Source: Fluviicoccus sp.
GTDB lineage: Bacteria; Pseudomonadota; Gammaproteobacteria; Pseudomonadales; Moraxellaceae
NCBI GenBank assembly: GCA_036279775.1
Contig: DASUIM010000508.1
Span: forward strand, 1 to 60,327
Direction of reading: 5' to 3'
DNA length: 60,327 nt
Under the pieces are notes generated by a model, which had not been told where the DNA came from, did not search any database, and saw only the letters and a program-made list of their open reading frames with translations. Of the stretch, positions 1 to 8,246 are shown in pieces. The position numbers were made by a program, and so were the translations under genes. Numbering within the stretch: position 1 is the first letter of the stretch; every line of letters begins with the position of its first letter.

Positions 1-141
1 CGGATTACGCTTTCCGTGTCGGTGCCGGCCAGCGCGGCCACGTCGTCCATCACCAGCTTACCATTCCGGTTCAGCGATACGAACAGAGCGTCTTGGGTAG
101 TCTTGATCTCCGGTTCGCGCGGAGCCTCGAGCACGCGGCCA
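1..141. repeat. Exact direct repeat of 60187-60327 (circular assembly overlap)
   Basis: cggattacgc...gcacgcggcca is identical at both ends, 141 nt, and lies inside a coding region. Confidence 0.97.
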
Positions 142-3100
142 TTGAGCACGGCGCCCTTGGCGATGGAGCCGTCCTCCTTGACGGTTTCCAGCGCGTAGGC
201 GAGCGCGCCCTCGGCGTCCATGCGCAGCAGCGGCTCATTCTTGTAGCGTTTGGTTTCGGTGACGGTGCCGTCCGGGGCGGTGCGCTCGATGGTGGTGTAA
301 TCCAGGATCGGGCCGTGCTCCTTCACGAAGGCATCGTAGACCTTGTTCAGCTCCTTCAGGCTCTTCTGCCAGTTGCCATCGTTGAGCTGGTCGTACTGCG
401 CCTGCTTCATGGCATCGCGCAGGCCCACGTAGCTGCGCAGCCACTTCTTCTGCTTCGGCGTCAGGGCGATCTGCTTGCCCTCGGTGTTGGTGCGGAACTC
501 CACCGGCACACCGCTGCCGTTCTCTACCTGCATCAGCTTGCCGTCGTCGGACAGGTAGAGGCCACCTTCCTTACGGCTCTTCGGGTTGAAGTCGCGCTCC
601 TGCACCATGGCGCGCTCGGCCTGCGAGCCGCGCTCAGGGCGGAAGACGTTCTCCGGCAGGCTCTGCACGGCCTTGGCGAACAGCTCGTCGATGTCGCCGT
701 CCGGCGGCAGCACGGTGTATTCGTTCGCCCGGTACATGCTGCCCTGCAGGGCGTGGCTGCCCAGCACCATCTCGGGATGGTCGGCGAAATACTCGTTGAT
801 GGCGGCCGGGCCTTGCGGGGTCGTAACCTCCTTGGTGCCGAGCCACTGCACGCCATTGTCGGCGATACCCGGGCCACGCTTCTGCAGGAAGATAACGTCG
901 GTCACTACCTCGGTGCCGGCGTTGTCCTTGAAAGCGGTCTGCGGCAGGCGGATCGCGCCCAGCAGGTTGGCGCGCTCGGCCAGGTACTTGCGGCTCTTGT
1001 CGCTGGCCTTGTCCATCGTGCCCTTGCTGGTCACGAACACCAGCACGCCGCCCGGCTTCACGCGGTCGATGGTCTTCATGAAGAAGTAATCATGCAGCAT
1101 CGGCCGGCGCGACTTGTATTCCGGGTCGGTCAGGATTTGCGTGGAGCTGAACGGCGGATTGCCGACAGCCGCGTCGAAGAAGTCCTTCGGCAGGTTGGTG
1201 CGGGTGTAGTCACCCACAATAATGTTGCTCTCCGGGTACAGCAGCTTGCCGATGGTCCCGGTGATGGTGTCGTACTCGATACCGGTATAGCGGCTGTTTG
1301 CTGCCATACCATCAGGCATCAAACCGTTGAAATGGCCGACGCCCATGCCCGGCTCGAGAATGGAGCCACCAGCCACGCCCAGGCGCTGCAGGCCGGTGTA
1401 GATGGAGCGGATCACGCCCTCGCTGGTGTAGTGGGCATACTGGGTGGTACGGCGGGCCTGCGCATATTCCTCTTCGGTCAGCGCGGCCTTCAGGCGTTCG
1501 CCCAGCTCGCGCCAAGAGGCGTCCTTGTACTGGCCGTACTGGTTCGGGAAGATGCCGTTGGCGATCTCGGAGGCGCCCCAGCCGGTGTATTTCACCAGCT
1601 GCGCGCGCTCTTCCGGGGTGGCCTGCCGGCCTTCTGCGGTGATCTTCTTGGCGAGTTCGACGATCTCGACGTTGCGCTGTGCGGTGGCCTTCCACGAACC
1701 TTCCCGCTTCAGCTCGCCCGGCTGGATGCGGTAGTTCCTTACGCCGCTGCTTGGCTCGTCACTTCCTCGACGGCCTGCTGCAGCGCCTGGTTCTCGGCTT
1801 CCTTGAACTGCAGGTTCAGCGTTTGCGTCCGCACCATCGGATCGGCCACGAACCCCGGCTTGCCCTGCGTCGTCGCCGCCTCGATTGCCTGCTGCCGGGC
1901 TTCCGCTATCGACTCCTCGGCTCGGCCGAGTATCGGGTTCAGCACCTCGTCCAGCCGGTTGCTGGCCTTCAGCTCGGCGTACAGCTCCGGCTGCCTGTCC
2001 TTCAGCGCCAGCACCAGCGCCTGCTTGAGTTCCTTGGGTGTCATTCTGGTTGTCCTCCTCCTTCATTTTAGCCTGTGCAGATTGCTCTGCAATATCTGCC
2101 ATCATGGCGTCATGCGCCTTTTTGGCAACCTGCTGCGAACTCATGCCATCAGTATCAAGCCCGGGATAGTTACGGGCGGCTTCATAGAAGGAGAGTAGAT
2201 AGGGGGTGATTGCCTCGCCGAAATCGGCGGTCATGGCCTTGGCGTAGTCAGAGAAGCGGCGAACACCAGATTCGATGTAGCCACCGGCAATGGTCATGCC
2301 GTCAATCAGCAGTTCCGGGTCTATACCAGCGTTCAGCTGGGTGCCGGACAGCTTCTGCTTCAGGCGCGCACGGGCGGCCTCCACCTTGTCGGCGGTGAAA
2401 ATCTTGTTGTTGGCGAACTGGCCATTCTTGCCGCCGGTCGGCGGGGTCGGCTCGGTCGGCTTGGCCTCTCCCTGCATCTTTGCGACCTGATCCATCTCGG
2501 ATTTTGTCAGCCCACCGATACGCTCTGCTACGGCAGTGATGTCGCCAGGACGTGCTTTCATGTCAGCGAAACGCTGGATAAGCCCAGCCCTGTCGATGTC
2601 GCCGTTCATGAAATCGACGACAGCGCGCTGGCCTTGCGTGATTACCTCTGGCTGGCCGTCAAACACATGAGGGTATTCGATGCGCTGCGGCTTTGCCTCT
2701 GCCTGCACCTCTTCCACGGTCGGCGGGGTCTGGTTGGCCGCAGCCCGCTCCTTCCGAGGAAGATCACGCGCCTGCTGCAGCATGGTGGCACGGTCGCTCG
2801 GCGATGCAGGCGCACGGCCGCGCACGGCGGCAGACAGCTTGGCATACATCGTGGCGTTCTGATCTGCGTCGGAAAGCGCCTGATACATGGCCTTGCGCCA
2901 TTCAGCCGGCGTCGATTCATCGGACTGCTGCGCGGTGGATTGCTCCTCCTCGCGCATCCGGTCCATGTGCCAGGACAGTTGCTTGGTGAGATCGTCCAGC
3001 GCCTCAATGTCGGCGCCGTCCTGCTGGCGCATGGCCTCGATGTCGGCCATGTCCTGCTCTGCCATGGCGAGCGTGTAGCCGGACTCGCCACGGGAGGCGC

Positions 3101-6100
3101 CGCGCTTCTTGCGCAGGCCCTGCGAGATGCGCTCGGTACGGGTCTGCACGTCGCCAGTGAATGCCGGCTTCTGTGCTGCAGGCTGCACCTGCTTGCCGTC
3201 CATGGCGGCGCGGATTTTCTTGGCGTAGATGGTGTTGCCGGTGTAGTCCCAGCCACCATTCACCACGCGCGACAGAATCTGCTCAGGCACGCCAGCAGCA
3301 GCGGCGAATGCCTCGCGCTGCACTTTGGTGGCCTGCATCCAGCGGTCTGCGTAGTCGTCCTGCTGCTCGGCTGCCGGTGCCAGATTTGGCACTTCCTCGG
3401 CAGCTTGAACTGTCGAGGATTCCTCGGCAGTTGCCTTCGGCTTGATCTCCCAGCGCGCCTTGCCGGTCTGCACGGCGTCATGGGTGGCGCCTGCCTTCTT
3501 CTTGGCGATGAAGGCTTCGGCCTTTTCCTTGCTGCCGAACCACTTGCCGGCGTGCTCGTTGGCTACTTCTTCGGCTTGGCTTTCTTGGCCTTGCTGCGTA
3601 GGGCCTGCGCTACCTTCTGCTGGCTTGCCGGCGGCAGGTTCTTGGCCTGCTGGATTGCTTTCTGCAGTCTGTTGCTGACGCTCATTAACGATTCCCTCGA
3701 GTGCTTGGAAGAATTGAGTTGCGGTGCCGCCATCAGTCATCACGGCGGCGCGTTCGATGAGTTCGGCGGCGACATCCTCGCCAAACTCGGCATTCATGGC
3801 GGCGGACAGCTCGGCGTAAGCCTTCGCCTCTGCGTCGTCCAGGTTGGCCGGCGCCTCATCGATGGCGGCCGTGAAGTCGGCGGTCACCAGCTTGTTGATC
3901 TGCGCCTCGATCTGGCGGCGCTGTTCCTTCAGCTCCGGCGTCATGCCGGTTTCCTTGGCCTGTGCGGCGACTTCCTTCAGCTGTGCGCGCAGCTCCGGCT
4001 CGGTCATGGCCTCGAGGTTGGCGGGCGCTGGCGCGGCCTGCGGTGCGGCGGCAGGCTGCTTGCCGTAAGTCCCAAGCCTGCGCTCGATGATACTGGCGTA
4101 GCGGCCAACGATCTCCGGGGACACACCAGCTACCTCGGCGAACTTCTCCGGCGTGGCGCGGAAATCTGCGGCGATCTGCGCTGCACGCTCGCTGTCATTG
4201 GCAGCGATGTTCTGCAGGTAGGTTTCAGCCGCCAGGATGCGATCCACTCGCGGGTCAACCGTAGCCGGGTGCTCGCGTCGTGCCATTTGACCGAGCGCGC
4301 CGGCAACATCTGTGGCGGTGCCTTGCTGCTGGCTCAGTGCAGGCTGGGTGTCGGCGGTTTGGTCTGCACCAGAAACACCAGCTCCAGCACCGAGTTCAGA
4401 TGCTCCGGCGTCACCTCGCACGACAGCAGGGCCTGCTTGATCTCCTGCGCCTGCTGCTGGCTGATTAGCCCCTGTTTGCGCAGCCGCTTGATCGCCTTGT
4501 TGGCCGACATTTCGAACTCCAAGATCACCATTGGCAGCTACTCCTGTGGTGGCGGTCTGATCCAGCTGGGGCGCCTTCGCGGCTACCTTTTCCAGCGCCT
4601 TGGCGAGCGGGCCGGTTTCCGGGGTGATCTGCACCGGGTCGTCGCTGGTGAAGGTGTAGACCTGCCCATCGTCACCCAGCACGCGGGTGACGGTGTTCCC
4701 CTGCTCGTCCTCGGTGTGGGACTGCACAAAGCCGGTGATCTCGCCTTCAGGGGCGGTCACGGTGACGCGCGCCGGCTGCTCGGCGGTGTTCTCCATCGCA
4801 CGGGTCAGCGGGCCGTCAGCCTGCGACGGTGCCGGCGGGGTAGTGGTCGCAACCGGTGCGGCTTCTGCCGGGGCAGCTTCTGCCGGGTTGGCCGCAGCGG
4901 CCGGGGCAGCTTCTGCTGCTGCCGGGGCGCCTGCCGGGGTAGTGGTGCTGGCCGGCGCGGCCGGAGTGGTCGGCGACGGCTGCGCGCTCGGCGTGGCGCC
5001 GGGCAGACCGCGCTTGGCGATGTCCATGGCGCTACCGATGGCCGGTTCAACAACAGACTGCCCGAAACCGTACACGCCTTCGCGCAGGGCATCGCCGGCA
5101 TCTACTTCGCCGCGTGCTACCTTCTGGCTCGCGGCCTCGCCCACGACTTCGCCGGTCGCATCCAGACCGACAGCAGCACCGCCAGCAGCGACACGCTTGC
5201 TGATGGTCGGGGCCACGCCGGTTTTCAGGGCCTGACGGGACGGCGCGGTAGCCACCTTGCCGCCGAGGCCCATGAACAGCTGATCCACCAGCGCGACGGT
5301 CAGGCCCTTCTTCAGACCGCGCTCGCGCGCTTCAGACTGGAAGGCTTTGTCGTCCAGCAGGGCCTTGATGTTGCCGGCGGTCGGCGCGGCCTTGTTGGCC
5401 TGCAGGCGCTCGAGGAGCATCTGCTCGACTTCTGCGCCCAGCTCGGTTGCGGTGGTGCCGGCTGCCATACCAGCACGGCCACCCCAGATCGCACCGCTCA
5501 CAGCACCCGGCGCGGCGCCGATACCACCGAACAGCGCACCAACACCAGCGCCAGCAGCAGCGCCAGTACCAGCACCAGCACCACCGCCGGCAATGGTCGG
5601 CAGCATGTTCGGTGCCTGCTCGACGATGCCGACAGCCAGGTCTTTCGGGTTGGTGATGGCGGTCCCGATAGCTTTCGCGCCGGCCTTCACGGTATCCCAT
5701 GCGCCTTGGGCGTTGGTCACGTCCTGGAAGGCGGCGTCGATCTCCTTCTCGCCGGTCGTCTTCGGGCGGTTGGCCTCGCGCTGGAACTTCGCGGCCAGCG
5801 CGTTCGCCAGCTCGCCACTGTCACCGCCGGCAACGGCAAAGCGGGCAGTGTTGAGCGACTGCACCATGTTGTCGTAGCCGGTGGAAACGGCATCGCCGGC
5901 ACGGTCGAAGAAGCCGCGATTGTCGATGGCCTTCTGCTGGTCGGCCGCACCAGCCTCCATGGGATCAGCGCCAGCCGGCTTGAAGTTGCGGTACTGCTCG
6001 GCGGTTTCGATCTCGGTGCGCTGGCGGTCGCGGCGGGCTACCTCTTCCGGGGAGTTCTCGAACGGGTACAGGGTTTCGCCGATGCGCGCGGCCTTGCCCA

Positions 6101-6641
6101 TCACCTCCTCGCCGTAGGCGGAAGTCTTCGCGCCCCACAGCTTGCGGTTAGGACCAGCGAAGTGCTCGCGCACGGCGTCGATCATCGAATAGCCCTTGTC
6201 CAGTCGCTCGCGCAGCTGGCGGGCGGCAGCCGGGATCGCCTGATTCGGGTCGAACGGGTTGATGCCCAGACCGCTGGCAGTGCTGTCCAGGTACTGCATC
6301 ATGCCCTTGGCGCGGCCCCACTCGGTCGGCAGGCCGATGGCTTTCGGGTTGAAGCCGCTCTCCTGGTGGCCGAGGGCCATCAGCACGTTGACCGGCACGT
6401 TGAACTCACGCGCGGCGGCCTCGAACAGTGGGCGGAATTCTGCGGGCGGGGTGTAGTCGCCGGACTTGCGGCCTTTGCTGGGGGCGCGGGTGTCTGCTTG
6501 TGCCGGCGCCTGCGCCGGAGGGGTGGCCGGTTGCGCCGCCGGCTCCTCGGTGGGTAGCGGCGGCAGCGCAAACCGTTCTTGCTGGATACGCTCAGTGACA
6601 GCTTCTAGCGGGGATTCGAGAAACGTGTTTTTGCTCGCCAC
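1..6641 (-). CDS. darB: 5' part of giant polyvalent DarB-like virion protein (SLT transglycosylase, Gly/Ala hydrophobic segment, linkers, N6-adenine methyltransferase); continues across the origin to 52926, total 4,633 aa
   Basis: Absent from the ORF track. Manual translation from GTG 6641 (MASKNTFLESP, RBS AAAAGGG) found no stop and joins 52926..60320 in frame (6641+7261=13,902 nt). SLT motifs LGHQESGFNP/GMMQY at ~6080-6440; MTase motifs LEPGMGVG (~1340-1360) and GNPPF (1149-1160). Confidence 0.93.
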   Translation of the reverse strand, partial: MASKNTFLESPLEAVTERIQQERFALPPLPTEEPAAQPATPPAQAPAQADTRAPSKGRKSGDYTPPAEFRPLFEAAAREFNVPVNVLMALGHQESGFNPKAIGLPTEWGRAKGMMQYLDSTASGLGINPFDPNQAIPAAARQLRERLDKGYSMIDAVREHFAGPNRKLWGAKTSAYGEEVMGKAARIGETLYPFENSPEEVARRDRQRTEIETAEQYRNFKPAGADPMEAGAADQQKAIDNRGFFDRAGDAVSTGYDNMVQSLNTARFAVAGGDSGELANALAAKFQREANRPKTTGEKEIDAAFQDVTNAQGAWDTVKAGAKAIGTAITNPKDLAVGIVEQAPNMLPTIAGGGAGAGTGAAAGAGVGALFGGIGAAPGAVSGAIWGGRAGMAAGTTATELGAEVEQMLLERLQANKAAPTAGNIKALLDDKAFQSEARERGLKKGLTVALVDQLFMGLGGKVATAPSRQALKTGVAPTISKRVAAGGAAVGLDATGEVVGEAASQKVARGEVDAGDALREGVYGFGQSVVEPAIGSAMDIAKRGLPGATPSAQPSPTTPAAPASTTTPAGAPAAAEAAPAAAANPAEAAPAEAAPVATTTPPAPSQADGPLTRAMENTAEQPARVTVTAPEGEITGFVQSHTEDEQGNTVTRVLGDDGQVYTFTSDDPVQITPETGPLAKALEKVAAKAPQLDQTATTGVAANGDLGVRNVGQQGDQAAAQTGANQPAAGAGDQAGPAVVRGDAGASELGAGAGVSGADQTADTQPALSQQQGTATDVAGALGQMARREHPATVDPRVDRILAAETYLQNIAANDSERAAQIAADFRATPEKFAEVAGVSPEIVGRYASIIERRLGTYGKQPAAAPQAAPAPANLEAMTEPELRAQLKEVAAQAKETGMTPELKEQRRQIEAQINKLVTADFTAAIDEAPANLDDAEAKAYAELSAAMNAEFGEDVAAELIERAAVMTDGGTATQFFQALEGIVNERQQQTAESNPAGQEPAAGKPAEGSAGPTQQGQESQAEEVANEHAGKWFGSKEKAEAFIAKKKAGATHDAVQTGKARWEIKPKATAEESSTVQAAEEVPNLAPAAEQQDDYADRWMQATKVQREAFAAAAGVPEQILSRVVNGGWDYTGNTIYAKKIRAAMDGKQVQPAAQKPAFTGDVQTRTERISQGLRKKRGASRGESGYTLAMAEQDMADIEAMRQQDGADIEALDDLTKQLSWHMDRMREEEQSTAQQSDESTPAEWRKAMYQALSDADQNATMYAKLSAAVRGRAPASPSDRATMLQQARDLPRKERAAANQTPPTVEEVQAEAKPQRIEYPHVFDGQPEVITQGQRAVVDFMNGDIDRAGLIQRFADMKARPGDITAVAERIGGLTKSEMDQVAKMQGEAKPTEPTPPTGGKNGQFANNKIFTADKVEAARARLKQKLSGTQLNAGIDPELLIDGMTIAGGYIESGVRRFSDYAKAMTADFGEAITPYLLSFYEAARNYPGLDTDGMSSQQVAKKAHDAMMADIAEQSAQAKMKEEDNQNDTQGTQAGAGAGAEGQAAGAVRRAEGQQPAGRGAEPDTRPSRGVDSGSPAAGNRGGDDAGQAGVRGRSDGADANAEPAVQGSREPGAAAGRRGSDEPSSGVRNYRIQPGELKREGSWKATAQRNVEIVELAKKITAEGRQATPEERAQLVKYTGWGASEIANGIFPNQYGQYKDASWRELGERLKAALTEEEYAQARRTTQYAHYTSEGVIRSIYTGLQRLGVAGGSILEPGMGVGHFNGLMPDGMAANSRYTGIEYDTITGTIGKLLYPESNIIVGDYTRTNLPKDFFDAAVGNPPFSSTQILTDPEYKSRRPMLHDYFFMKTIDRVKPGGVLVFVTSKGTMDKASDKSRKYLAERANLLGAIRLPQTAFKDNAGTEVVTDVIFLQKRGPGIADNGVQWLGTKEVTTPQGPAAINEYFADHPEMVLGSHALQGSMYRANEYTVLPPDGDIDELFAKAVQSLPENVFRPERGSQAERAMVQERDFNPKSRKEGGLYLSDDGKLMQVENGSGVPVEFRTNTEGKQIALTPKQKKWLRSYVGLRDAMKQAQYDQLNDGNWQKSLKELNKVYDAFVKEHGPILDYTTIERTAPDGTVTETKRYKNEPLLRMDAEGALAYALETVKEDGSIAKGAVLNGRVLEAPREPEIKTTQDALFVSLNRNGKLVMDDVAALAGTDTESVI
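1739..2044 (-). CDS. Nested +1-frame gene inside darB; TnpV-like helical protein (101 aa)
   Basis: SD AAGGAGGAGG 9 nt before ATG. 34 of the first 36 codons after ATG end in G/C. Motif LKxxxPxLYxxLxxSxxL...ADPM...N...AE resembles TnpV as I recall it. Confidence 0.78.
   Translation of the reverse strand: MTPKELKQALVLALKDRQPELYAELKASNRLDEVLNPILGRAEESIAEARQQAIEAATTQGKPGFVADPMVRTQTLNLQFKEAENQALQQAVEEVTSQAAA
3563..3685 (-). CDS. Nested +1-frame basic peptide inside darB (40 aa, MSVSNRLQKAIQQAKNLPPASQQKVAQALRSKAKKAKPKK)
   Basis: GAGGGA 7 nt before ATG 3685; TAG at 3563-3565; same alternative frame as the other nested ORFs. Confidence 0.55.
   Translation of the reverse strand: MSVSNRLQKAIQQAKNLPPASQQKVAQALRSKAKKAKPKK
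4334..4531 (-). CDS. Nested +1-frame gene inside darB (58-65 aa; alternative start ATG 4510)
   Basis: GGAG precedes both ATG 4531 and ATG 4510. Codons are G/C-ending and the product looks like an amphipathic helix, while the darB frame here is a low-complexity linker. Confidence 0.65.
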   Translation of the reverse strand: MVILEFEMSANKAIKRLRKQGLISQQQAQEIKQALLSCEVTPEHLNSVLELVFLVQTKPPTPSLH

Positions 6642-6668
6642 GGCGTGCCCTTTTTGGTCTGAAACGGA

Positions 6669-6707
6669 TGGTCAGATATTAGCACCACCGGTATCCGTTT
6701 CAAACCA
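6669..6707 (-). promoter_or_regulatory. Tandem 19-bp TGGT-N11-ACCA boxes over putative darB promoter
   Basis: TGGTCAGATATTAGCACCA 6669-6687 and CGGTATCCGTTTCAAACCA 6689-6707; minus strand reads TTGAAA-N16-TAATAT with TG extension. Confidence 0.6.
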
Positions 6708-6713
6708 ATAGGG

Positions 6714-8246
6714 TCAGCGATAGACGATAGTTCCTGTCGCTGGATCGTAGACCGGCGTGCCGCGTCGTGACGGGGCGGCCGGGGTAGAAGGCGCCTGCGT
6801 GCGGGGCGTCTGTGTCGCGGCTCCACCACCGAACACGATCTTCATGTCCTGGTCGATGATGCGGTTCTGCTCCTCGGCGGACTTGCGGCCAAACATCGGA
6901 TCGCTCTTCATCCGGTCGGAGAAGGCCAGGCGGCGGGCCTCCTCCGGCGAGGTGGCCTTCTTGTAGTCGCCCACACCCAAGATCGCCGGCAGCGCGCCGT
7001 TGATGAACTCGTCCGAGTAGCCAGCATTGCGCAGGGCCTGCACCTTGGCGCCAACCTCGCGCTGCACCTTGCTCGAGGCGTTCGCGTCCTGCAGCTGGGA
7101 CTCGATGGTCTTCAGCTCGATGGCGTTGTTCTGCTGGCGGACATCGCGCGCCTCCTGCGCCTGAACATCCATCTGCTTGAGGGTGCGCTGCTGGCCGAAG
7201 TTGCGATCCTGCTTGTAGATGTCCTGCTGGAAGTTGCGATTGTCCTTCGCGGCCTCTGCTGCAGCCTTCAGTGCGGCCTCGTCTGCAGCGGTCTGGCGCT
7301 TGAAGGTCTGCTCGAACATGGCTTGCGGCGAAAGCGCAGCCAGCCCCATCTCGGTCAGGTTCCGTTTGTCGATGAACTGGGTGTACTCCTCGCCGGTCTT
7401 GTCGTTCTTCAGCCGCACATTGAAGCCGGTCACGTTGCCCTGGTTGTCGGTCACCTTCTCCTTGGACAGCGGTGTGATCCCGTCATCGTATCGCTTGTAC
7501 AGCTCAAAAATGTGATCCGCTGCCTTGTCGAAGTTGCCGATCTGGGCGGCACGGTAGGCGCCGGCCCACTCGCGCATGGCGGCCTTGTTCTCGCGGTCCT
7601 CGGCCCACTTGCCCCAGGCGTCCGCCTTCTCGATGTCGCCTTGCTCCATGTACACCTGCTGCATGCGAGGTACGAGCGTCTTGCTCATGAAGCTCATCAC
7701 GTCCGGCGTGGCCTTCTCGGCGGCTGCGCGGGCCTCCTCGCGGGTGGCGTAACCCTTGCCCCCCACCATGAACGGCAAGCCAGCCTGCGGCCCTGCTACG
7801 GGCGCTGCAGTGCCGGGTGCCGGCGCGTCGGCAGTCATGCGGGCCGGCTCGGTCTTCGCCCGTTGGATCGTGATAGATCGATCCTCGTCCTGCAGCTTCG
7901 GCTGCACCGACGTGAACTTGGTCGGCGCGGCTGCCGGAGTCACGGTTGCACCGGGCGTGCGCTCCGGGTTCTCCACCATCGACTCGGTAGGTTGGCCGGA
8001 CGGCGCCGTAACCTGCTCGGCCGGCTTGCCGGTGATCCCACCGGTTGCGGCCGGGGTTTGCGCCTGGCTGTTGTCCTGAATCTGCGCATCCACTGCCGCG
8101 CTACGTGCTGCCTGAGCCTCGGCAATGCCCTGCTCGCGCACGTCGTTGATCTTCTTCTGCTTCATGGCGTCGCCGATAACCTTGCCCATCGACACACCAT
8201 TGGCGAAGCCTGCAGCCAGGCCGCCAGCGAATCCGCCCCAGTTCAT
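6714..8246 (-). CDS. Internal virion/ejection protein
   Basis: 510 aa; N-terminal GGFAGGLAAGFANG amphipathic motif; Gln/Ala-rich; lies just before the giant virion protein. Confidence 0.7.
   Translation of the reverse strand: MNWGGFAGGLAAGFANGVSMGKVIGDAMKQKKINDVREQGIAEAQAARSAAVDAQIQDNSQAQTPAATGGITGKPAEQVTAPSGQPTESMVENPERTPGATVTPAAAPTKFTSVQPKLQDEDRSITIQRAKTEPARMTADAPAPGTAAPVAGPQAGLPFMVGGKGYATREEARAAAEKATPDVMSFMSKTLVPRMQQVYMEQGDIEKADAWGKWAEDRENKAAMREWAGAYRAAQIGNFDKAADHIFELYKRYDDGITPLSKEKVTDNQGNVTGFNVRLKNDKTGEEYTQFIDKRNLTEMGLAALSPQAMFEQTFKRQTAADEAALKAAAEAAKDNRNFQQDIYKQDRNFGQQRTLKQMDVQAQEARDVRQQNNAIELKTIESQLQDANASSKVQREVGAKVQALRNAGYSDEFINGALPAILGVGDYKKATSPEEARRLAFSDRMKSDPMFGRKSAEEQNRIIDQDMKIVFGGGAATQTPRTQAPSTPAAPSRRGTPVYDPATGTIVYR

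Noticed and set aside
2642-3259. 205-aa +1-frame ORF as a fourth nested gene (also 3260..3481 and 4805..5101)
   Set aside because: Arg/Pro/Ser-rich off-frame composition, no clear SD, and codon bias stays in the darB frame.
3389-3398. 10-nt complement of the ncRNA domain A tract inside darB
   Set aside because: A 10-mer match is plausible by chance in 120 kb of both-strand sequence, and it is not at a start site.
1739-4531. Frameshift errors, pseudogene or separate genes splitting darB
   Set aside because: The darB frame was read codon by codon through this interval with no stop, and the nested ORFs have their own starts and stops.
93-6557. Long plus-strand ORFs 93..2198 and 2634..6557
   Set aside because: Codon-aligned antisense shadows of darB in high-GC DNA; no motifs.
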